Assembly: GCA_043228905.1 (NCBI GenBank)
Contig: JBHGNT010000012.1
Location: 1 to 64,000 of the forward strand
Direction: 5' to 3'
From: Azolla caroliniana
Lineage: Eukaryota; Plantae; Polypodiophyta
Length of the DNA: 64,000 bases
The translations under genes were made by a program, and so were the position numbers. Below the pieces are notes generated by a model. That model was not told where the DNA came from and searched no databases. It saw only the letters and a list, made by a program, of their open reading frames with translations. Shown here one piece after another: positions 37,122 to 47,765 of this stretch; positions within the stretch are counted from its first letter, which is position 1, and the number at the start of each line of letters is the position of its first letter.

Positions 37122-38875
37122 AGAAAGACCTTATTAATCACATGTCAGAGTTTTATACACAACAAAATGCCATTGCAAATCCTTGCCAAGATGAACATGA
37201 AGATACTAGGTCATAATTTAGCTCTCAATGACTCTGGACATTTGCAGAAGTTTCTCCACTTGCAGTAAAAAGATCAAGAATCATCCATGTATAGAAAAAC
37301 CGAAAGAAAGAAATGTTATATATGAAAGAGGTAAAATGGTGTCCATTGATTAGAAGACATGATTTCTGACATGCTAATTGAACAAGATCTGATTGAGACA
37401 CAAGGAATTGTACATAAGAAACACAATTGAAACTAATCACCAAGATGAAGATGCCTACAATATACATTGATGAAGATGAAAACACACTTTTCATCACACT
37501 TGCCCTCAACACTTGCCCTCAAGATGAAGGTTGAAAGCATGTGGACTTGCAAAATGGAGTTTCACTAACATCAGAGAAACGAAATGGTAGAAACCATCTA
37601 AGAAAGAGTTCAAAATGGCCTATCAAACCTAAAAGTTACTACATGTATAGCTGTGCATATCTCTTAATAAACTCAAGGAACCAGCAAGGATTGATAATGA
37701 AAAGAACTTCAGGTAGGCTATTTTTGTGTTTAATATATGAGTTATGCAAGATGAATGCATATTGTATGACAAACTTCTTGCAATGTTTCCCATCCTTGTA
37801 CATCTAATAATAATATTTTACATCTGAGCCATGTGGAATAATTGCCCAGTACATATTTCTCTGTCATTACTTAATCTGGGTGTTATTTAACCTCAACAGC
37901 CAACAGGAGTCAAAACTCCTTAATAAGGAACCAACCTTTAATCTGGGTGTTTAACCTCAACAGCCAACAGGAGTCAAAATTCCTGAATAAGGAACCAACC
38001 TTTCTTCCATAAAAACTCTAGAAAAAGCACGTTGTGATTTTCTTATGTCCACTATAGAGGCATCATGTGACATATGGAGGATGGCATACTAGGAAAAAGA
38101 TCATGATGAATAATATATATACCACTGTATCTCATTTGCATCTTCAATAAATGTGATCACGGAAGTAGGCCGTAAGGTTGGTGATACTAACATGTTCAAA
38201 TAGAGTTACTGCCTTTCTTTTAAGGGTAATTGGTTTTAGGGAAGGATTCTATGACTTAGAGCTTTGTGCGTTCGAAGTCCAAGAGGTCATGCTCACACCA
38301 AAGTGTTTATTCCTAAAAGATGATGGTTTTACAACATCGGCATTGCCATGCTGTTCCTCAAAGACCTGAAAAAGATTGCATGCATCCTGATTTTATTTGT
38401 GGAAGCTTTAAAAAGAATATTTATACTTCAATGCCATCTGTAGACAGTGCCCATTCTACCAACTTTATCAGGGAAAAACAAGAGTAAATATGCTTGGTTA
38501 ATTACTGTCACTACAACATGATCAAACAGTGAAATACTAATCAACAAAAATAAATGATTCATAAGCTGTATATTTATTTGTGCAAGTACTCATAAATGGA
38601 TTTGACAGCTCTTAAATGTAGCAATTGTCGTTCCAACACAGGTTTGTGGCGCACCTGCACCACATGGAATAACTAAAATAAAATATAAAATAATTACTAA
38701 ATTTTAAAACTTTAAAAAGTTCTCAAGTTTTTAAAAGAATGTGCTGTACTCTAGATCTATGTTGACCAAGCTCCGCAGTATCTTGTTTGTGGAGACTATT
38801 TGAAGATCCAGTTCTAGGTTCTGCTATTTCTGCCTCACATGAAGGACTTTTAAGTAGAGTTCTCAAACAAGAAGT

Positions 38876-41800
38876 TTACTTTGGAAAATAATAGTTCTTA
38901 CGTTTTTCACAGTGTGCTTTTGTCTGTGAAGATGGTGATTGTGTGTCATTTTGATCTTTAACTCTGCTCTCCTTCTTGTCACAAGACTCAAGAATAATGT
39001 GTTTTAATTCGTCATCTAGGTTCTCTACAACATAATCTGGCAGGATCTCCACTGAGAACATAACTTCTGTCAGTACTTAATTGCATTAACCTATCTTCTA
39101 TAAAATTAGCCACAGAAAATGGGATGCGCAGCCAAAACAAATGAAGAGATATCCCAATCATTGGAATGAAAACCTATGCCATGTACTTGAAACCTGCTCT
39201 CGCATTACTGTTCACCAACTAGTATCAACTTAACAGAACCAGGGCTGTTGGTGCCTGGACTACATGTTCATATCCAGCCCAAATGATCTTCTATAGCACT
39301 CATAGTTTGTTTCATATCTGTAGTACTCATAGTTTCTCCAACATTCTGTGTTATAAACTACAGGCTTGATCCCAAGTTATACACTCCTGATACATACTCC
39401 TAGAGGCCTTCACAATTTTTGTCCTAGATCATATGTTGTATGGTCTCTTTGAATGAGACTTTTACAGCAATAACATTCCTCACATTAAAAGGGAGAGATT
39501 CAATGGGCACTAAGTGGCATAATACCCAGAAGAGTCAGTGGGATGCTACAACTTGTTCTTCCATGGCAGCAGAGGCAAGCTTGCCTCGGAGCTTGGGGCA
39601 CTACACCATATTCCCGATTTTACTAAGTGATATCGCATGGAAGTACACACCCACTACTATGGTTTACGGTTGCATATACTATTATACACTATCATCAGAA
39701 TGACAGTCACATGTCAATCATTATGGATCTTATCACACATAATACATGGTCCATTCCTAGAGAAATTAGGAGTTTACTTGAGGGATTCATCGTTCTTCGA
39801 AGACCAAGACTGATTACATGTAAATTTTAGAAATACAATTCATTTATGAGCTCTTATCAAGAAGAGTGTAAAGACATGTAGAAGCGTGAAGTAATGATGC
39901 AAGCTGGAGACACCAAACTCAATAACAATGTCAAGGATGATTACAAAGCAAGTTGGGCAGAGGCAGTCTATGGCTGTAACGTCAGGAAATGCATCAAAGA
40001 AAAGCTGATATCAGAAGTTTTCACAAAAGAAACTGAAGACTTACACAAGAGAATGGAAGCCTTTGGAGAACGCTCTACCCAATTACATGACGAGGTCTTT
40101 TTTGCTGAGTTGTTACACCCAGCCATAAAAAAGAAAGCTAAAAATGAGGAACCCTCAACATCTGAGGTAGCTCACGAGTACACAGAAAAGATGTGGCAAA
40201 TAAAGATGAGAAGACAGCAGAAAGGTAAAGTTCCGAGTGGGTCCTCTTTTATCTATAAGAGTGCACATTTACCTAAAAGAGAGCGTGCTAGAGAAAACAT
40301 ATGTTCTTGCCATCAAATTGAATTCCTGTGACCTTTTTTTAAGGATCATAAGTTACAGGTGAAAATATTTATGATATTTGCAAACTGACTTACTCAATTT
40401 GTAAGAAACGCATGCAAGTTATATTGTGTTTCTAATAAAGAAAAATGAAGACACAAATGCCTCCTGATTGCCTCCTGATTATTTATAGCGACCCAGTACA
40501 TAAATATAGAAACCAGAAATTTTTAACATGAAATTGCATAACAAAAAGAGGGATTACGAGAAACCTTTTTCCATTTTCTTCCGAGTTTCAGCTTTTTTCA
40601 TTTTCTGCAAGAAAGCCCAGAGCCAACAATTAAGTAACTCCTTCCAACACATGACTTTCTGAAGTTAAATGTGTCATGGGAAGTTAGCAAGACTAGATAG
40701 ATGGTAATGATGTTTCAAAACCAAAGTTAGGATACTGTTTAGATGCTTTCATAGTTGTGAAGGTTTTACCCATATTCATCTCTGGAAAGCTTATGTTATT
40801 TTTGTGTGTACACAGAAAAAAGCAATCATAAGGCAGAGGGAGAGGTGGATCCTAAAATAAATGGCAACATCATCGCTGGGTTCATCTATACAGCAAGAAC
40901 TGGTCAGGTAATACAATGCAGAGTCACAAGCTGGGAAGTTTAAGATTCATGTCCCACAACTTCTAACGACACAATGATGTGGATAACTCTGAGAAGATGT
41001 GACCATCCCAGCTGGTAAAGTTCATAAATAAGAAACCAATATGTACAACAAAGCTATCTCAAACAACATCCTAATTTAAATGCACTGAAGCAACTAAAGA
41101 TGAGAGCACAAAGTATTCTGCAGAACTGTTTCAGTGAAAACATCTGGCACAAGTTGTTGCAAACAGCATCCTAATTTGAATGCACTGAAAAAACTAAAGA
41201 TGAGAACACAAGTATTCTGCAGAACTGTTTCAGTGAAATCATCTGACACCCTGTCTGAAGTCAGAAAGCTGTCACAAACAGCATTCTAATTTGAATGCAC
41301 TGAAGAAAAAGATCATGAGAAAGTCGAAGACCTACAGCTTCTCCAACCAGGAGGTAGTTATTTTGCGACTAAAGAGGATGAGATGGACCATGCTACTTAC
41401 AGCCAAAATATAACCCAATGAGTGGATGTGTTGAATAACGGAAAAACATTCAGTTTAAAATGCCGCCGAAGGTACCCACAACCATGAGTTTCTGTAGAAA
41501 GAAATATTATATTAGCGTATCTCTAGAGAGGTCAAAGTGCCCTATGAGACCCAGAATGTTACAATCATTATATCAAAAAATATTTCATCAAAGTTGTGTG
41601 CACAAGGCATCGTAGAATCTGCCCCCAAATACCAGATGAAGAAAACGTGTTTGAAATGTTCCAACTCTTAATACCAGTGAAATAAAAAACAAGAAATTCC
41701 TGAATTTGAAGCGTCAACATGAGAAGGAAACTCCACATGTCACATGATAACAAGAAGCATCCACAAACAACATAAATGTGATGACAAATACCAATTATCC

Positions 41801-44800
41801 CACGAGGAAAGCTTGAAGCTTGAATTTATCAATGTGTTGAATACAACTAAGTGACATCAAAATAATCACAAATCATATCATGATTTAGCACACACATTAG
41901 CACACTCATATGAGCAATGTCAACGGAAAACTAGTAAAAAGATGTGCAAAACATCCTAAGAGTAAGAAAAACAAGGGGCAAATCTGAGTCCTGACTTACG
42001 AACAACTAGCAGGTTGATGAAAGGGTAGAGTGTGGTTAAGAGGAAAAAAAACAACGAAGATAGAAAGTATGATATCTGTCCACCGATGTGACGAACCAGA
42101 GGAATCGAATAACTAGTCCACTAATAGCCCTAAAAGGTAATGAGGCCAGGAAGGAGATAAATGAAATGCTTCTAGAATGTAAGCATGAAACCTGTGAGAC
42201 TGCCCACTTCTAGTTTTCATTCAAAATGAGGACATTTGAATGCCTTTTTTGTCTCAAATACATCACAAATATTAATCAAGACACCTAAAAAACATTATTA
42301 GGCAGTAAAAGAAGCACATCCTAAAACAAAATGCAATGAGAGCTTCCAGTAATGCAGAAAATAGGGTAGACTCTAACATGATACTTAACATCTGAGATAG
42401 TCCGCGACTTCTTATTATCATAACGAAGAGCCTGTGGAAGTAATGGTTTGATACATTAGAACCAGTATTTCAATCTTGATAAACACTTTCAAGGGAGGTA
42501 GTAACATATAAAAAGATGTTGGCGAAACTGGATTTTGTTTCTCAGCTTCCATGAGACGGAGAACGGCTTGACGTTCAGCTTCTGCCTCTTCAGCCTTTGC
42601 TTTCAGACGTTCTTGAGCAGCTTTATCCCCACCCATTACTGCCTCCATCAGCTGAAAGAAATAGAAAAAGAAAACATTGCTGATTCTTTATATCTGATCT
42701 ATGCGGAAAATCATTACGAAAAAGCAAATGAAGTATTATGTTCCGATTATAATTACAGTAACAGGTTAACAATATTCCAGAATAGAATTATATTTTGGCC
42801 ATTATTGCTAGTAATGAAAAGAAACCTTCTTCCTCCTATATGCTTGAGCAAGAAGTTGAAAAGGAAGGGTCTGCTTCGCTGCTTTCTCTACAATATTCCA
42901 GCATCCAAAATGATCAACCATAAAGCATGTTTTATTTTTTAATATATGGGATCAATGATAAAATTAATCTTACCCTCTGTATTGTCACCTTCTTGTACTT
43001 GGGAATCCAATTTCGAGGTCATGATTTGCACAAACTCTGGATATTCAACCTACAGTTATGCAAACAGTAGATTCATGGCTCTGGGTCCTTATTGAGTCAT
43101 GCTTAAAAATAACGCCATAATCACACCAAAAAATCCATATTGAGCTTAAAGAAAATAGTATAATGCACCTCCCCAGAACCATCTGCATCCACCTCTGCCA
43201 GCATCTTCTCCACCTCAGATCTCTTCACATGCATTCCCAACACATTAAAAGCTGTTACCAACTCTACAGCATCAATAGCTCCTGGAACGGCAAAAGGCTG
43301 AGAAGGTATAAATGTACATCAACGATGAGCCAGATTGTTACCATAAGGTATTCATGTCACCTTCTACAAGGCATCCAAAGTGGCTTATGCCAGACTAAGC
43401 TTTAGCCCCTCCATCCTTACAATAGGATATCATGAGAAAATATGACATATTTCTAGGAATTTAGTTGACGAATTCTATATGTTTATGTCATATTTTGTTC
43501 TTATTATATATTCCCACCTGGCAAGTTCAAAACATTGACTGGCATCTAGAGGAGTATGGGGGCATCATTTTTCCCAAACACTGATGCAGGTGTTCAAGCC
43601 AGCCTCTACAAAGCATGCAAAGTGGAACATCACAAACTTAGTTTTAGCATTCGTCCCATAACCAACCACCACCTCTTCCAAACATAAATTGCTAAGGCAA
43701 AACATGTGTGGCAAGATATGGTTCAATTATATGTTCGTGTGAGTTAAGAAACAGGGCTCACATAAATTTACTGGATAAATTTATGGAAAACCAGACCTTG
43801 GATCTTTGCCCTTGCCTAAACCAGTAAACATTTATATGTTTCTTTATATAAAACTAGGTTTTTTAAAAGCTTATAGACAGGAAAACCTGTTCATATTCAA
43901 AAATATCAGCAAAGTCTATTGTGGCAGATATTTCGACATGCTAAAGAGAAAGTTTTACTTGTCTACATCAAAACTCCATGTGGGCATACAATCGAGCCTT
44001 GCCCATGTCCAGAATGGTTTTTGTAACTCCATGTGAGCATACACCGAACAATGACAATCCTATTTACATTTCACGTGAACCATTTGAGTAGTCCATGGAT
44101 GCAAGCACAATAAATACATCATATTGCACATATATTTAAGTAAACTGAAACGGAACTTATCAGATGCATCAGCATCAAATACGATGAAATAAGTCTAGGA
44201 CGGTTTTATTCACTCATGACATGTATTGAACCATACCTTGACATAAATGCTTTGTCTAACCAACTTACTTTTCATGGAAGCCTTGTCTGTGTCAAAAGTT
44301 AACAATGAATGTATGTTAAGGACTTACCAGAGCCATCGGTATCGATGAGATCGAAGCACTCCTTGAGCTCCTGCTTTTGCTTCTTTGTTAACTCTGGCCG
44401 AACAGTTTTCCCATGCGCTCTGAGCCATGCATCGACCCCTACTTTCTGAAGCATAGCCTGAGAAAGAAAAGAAAGAAGGAAGAAAAGCCAACTTTTAAGG
44501 CTCCAGCAATATATTGAAAAGAGGGGAATGGTGTATCTTCCGCTATTAGAACGACAGCAATGAAAAAAACGTAATGACATGAATTGGCCTCCTTATGTTA
44601 CCGAGATGGAAATTGTGTATATTCCTCTATTAGAACGACAGAAATGAAAAAAAAGGAATGACATGAATTGGCCTATTTATGTTACCGAGATGGAAATTAG
44701 GAGGCGCAGACGAAGAAGACTACCAAATGCTTTGAAACGGTGCGTTCCTCTAGCCGAGGTTTTTAAAAAAAACAACAGAAAATGAATAAAGGGAAGAAAA

Positions 44801-44848
44801 GCAAAGAAATACCAGCGTGATTCCTCCTCCTCCTCCTCCATCGTCCAT
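38876..44848 (-). CDS. Centrin/caltractin-like protein with two EF-hands and a helical C-terminal extension; exons 44848-44813, 44457-44328, 43281-43169, 43049-42974, 42887-42826, 42651-42529, 40604-40565, 39066-38876; about 256 aa
   Basis: [30 protein letters not shown] and MLAEVDADGSGEVEYPEFVQIMT contain canonical EF loops. The exons join in frame. The first and last exons are less certain. Confidence 0.82.
41061..41320. repeat. Degenerate tandem repeat of about 100-115 bp x about 2.5 (intronic)
   Basis: AAACA(A/G)CAT(C/T)CTAATTT(A/G)AATGCACTGAA at 41061, 41161 and about 41276. Confidence 0.8.
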
Positions 44849-47765
44849 GGGAAGAAAACAGTCTGTGGCGATGGCGATGGCGATGGCGATGGCGATGAAT
44901 CAGTAAGAACGCATCGTTAAACGAAGAAGAAGAAGAAGAAGAGGAACCAACGAACACACCACACCATTCGTCATGCAGTAATAATTCATAATAATAATAA
45001 GAGTAATTAATTGTCTCTAATTGTTAAATTAAAGAGGACCTTTCAAACAACAAACATGTTTCCGCGATTGATTAATGAATCGGCCGATCGATCAATCAAT
45101 CAATTAATTGATGAATCAATGAGTCGATCGATCGTTCAATTGATGAATCAATTATTCGATCGTTCGGTCGTTCGATTTATAGTTTGGATCGATTGCTACA
45201 TTGTCAATTGATTGCTTCATGTGATTCTTCACTCTATCTCCCTTCTCGCCTAATCATTGATCGCTATGCTCATGAATCAACGATTTTCTTCATATGATTG
45301 TATCGAGTGACTCTATTTATCACCACCACCAATCGAGTTGTGTTCTTTTCTCATTGATATGTACATGTAGGTATATAGGGGTAGGTAGAATTACTACTGT
45401 TCCCATAGGGAGACCAAAAACAATTTACGAGATGAGGCCAAGCTATTGCAAGGATTGAATGAATAAATTGTGGGTGGGGGGAGATTACTGTCAAGTAGAG
45501 AACAAATTCACCTTGTGAAACAAATCATGACTACAGACACGAGAGTGTGTGTGTGTGGATGAATGAATGTATGGGGTTTGTTTAAATAATCTCTCATACT
45601 TATGGGTTAGTTGGTTAATTTGTTTTTTTTTTTTATTGGAAGGGGAGGGGGGGGTTATGTTTCATTTGATATTATCCATTTTGTTTACCTAATAGGTTGA
45701 TTCACTAGTTATCATGAATTCTACTCCAATGAGTTGTTTGGTCACTACAAACCTCGTGCAACACCACATTGGTGAAGTTGCTAAATGTAGTAAGAATCAT
45801 TAGAGAGCATCACGAAGAGACAACTCTACCTAAACAAGAGTTTTAGTGGCACATCATGGTGTGTAAGTACAAATTTACACCTAAAATTCACGAGGGGCAT
45901 ATATATCAAGCATACATAATGTTTATGGCCTACATGCCATTGCAACTTCTCTCTCTCTCATCGATATTTCTTCTTAAATTCTTGTATATGGATTTATGCA
46001 TGTTCCCAATGTATGGAACTTCCTCAACCCCATTGATTGGATGCTTTTCCAATATAGCACTTGGATCCAACATTATCGGGACAAGAAAAAGGACTCTGTT
46101 GAAAATCCTACCAGACCTGAGTTTTAAAAGAATTTTCCACTCAAACAACTTGTCTCTTGGTACTTGGATCCCCCAACTTCTGAAATGCTCCAAGTTCGAC
46201 TTGAGTGTCTAGGTCAAGATCAATACTAGCAAAAATGTCTCTGAAGAGGGCTCTTGCACCGTGCAAGATATGACCAAAGAAAAAGAGTTGAGCAAATGTG
46301 GGGTGACCGAAAGTAAACCAACCCCTAGGACTACTTCAAAAAACACTATCTAATATTTGAGCTTGAATCATGTTTGAAATTTGCCTTTTTTGGTGTTCCT
46401 TAACTATATCATGTGCAATGGTGGTATTGTTGTCAATATTAACAAGACCATGCAATCATGGAAGCCTCTACTCCTTCATTGCAAATCAATTTTATTGGTT
46501 TCAAAGTAAAGGTAATTGATATAGCTAAGCATTAGGTACCTAATGACACCGACACACCATTGTGGCTTTCATCTTGAAGAAATTGAGAGATATGATAGAC
46601 ATTCCAACATCTTAAGTTGCTACATGCTCAAAGCCCGCCGCAATGGTGCCACAACCCAATTTGGTAAAAACCCAGACATGTGTATGTGGATGCATTATAT
46701 ATGGCTATGCAAAACTTGCCCTAACCGATCCAATGCGTATATTGTTGGTTAAATGCGGTATAACAAAATTACAACACCATACATTAGAATCGTTTGTATT
46801 TCATTGGACACTCGTAGGTGTTCCAAGGGACGTGCAATGTACGTTCCCACAAAATCAAGTTGTTTGCAGAATTCACGTACAAAAGAATATTGGCGAAGAA
46901 CTCAAGGGTAGGAGGAGGTTATGATGACTCACGAACAACAACAACATTAATGAATATGATGACGAAGCACCATCACCACCAACATCCATGAAGATAATAA
47001 CACAAACACAACCCGACACAAAGACCAAGACCAAGACCAAGACCTAGACCTAGACCAAGAACAACGCAACACCAAAGACCAAGACGAACACAACATGGCA
47101 CAACACCAACACGGTTTAGGGTTTGCGTAGATGACACAACACATGGCATGATAGTACATGACCTGACACCACATGACATGCCACGCCACGCCACGCCATG
47201 CTACGAGACACATGTATTTAATGTATGTATGTATGTATGCCATACATAGACACCAGTGATGGAGAGGTGAGGAGTCCAACAAGGTCTTCTTCTTCTTCTT
47301 CTTCTTCTTCTTCTTTTTCTCGTGGGAGTTGGGGAATGAATGAGAAGGTGTGAATCCAAACTTCAAACGCAAAACCAAAACCAAAGAACCAGAAAAGAAA
47401 GAAGAAACAGAGAGCCTCCTCTTCTTCCTCTTTCTCTGTTTTTGCTGGCTGTTCAACAATAATAATAATGCAGCAGCAGTAGCAGTAGCAGCAGCAGAAC
47501 AAGTACAATCTACCCTCTTCTTCTCCATAACTGCCCTTCTTTCTTATCCCCCCCCCCCCCCCCCCAAAGCTTCCATGGCCTTCCCTCCCACAGAAAGAGG
47601 CTTGCCCAACCTCTCCATTCATGCATAAGAAAACTTGTTTGTTGTATGTTTGTCTTCCTTTTCATGTCCAAAACTTTTACTTAAAAGGAGCTCCATGTCC
47701 ATCTCTAACCCTCTCAATGTCCTAACTCATCGTTATTACTCGCATTCTTCCTGACCTAAGCAGCC

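Noticed and set aside
45900-46350. Possible LINE ORF1 relic (also about 18800-19500 and 52000-53400)
   Set aside because: Only vague motif resemblance; cannot be supported without a database search.
46947-47628. 134-193 aa ORFs upstream of the subtilase
   Set aside because: Low-complexity repeat translations open on both strands, with no recognisable domain.
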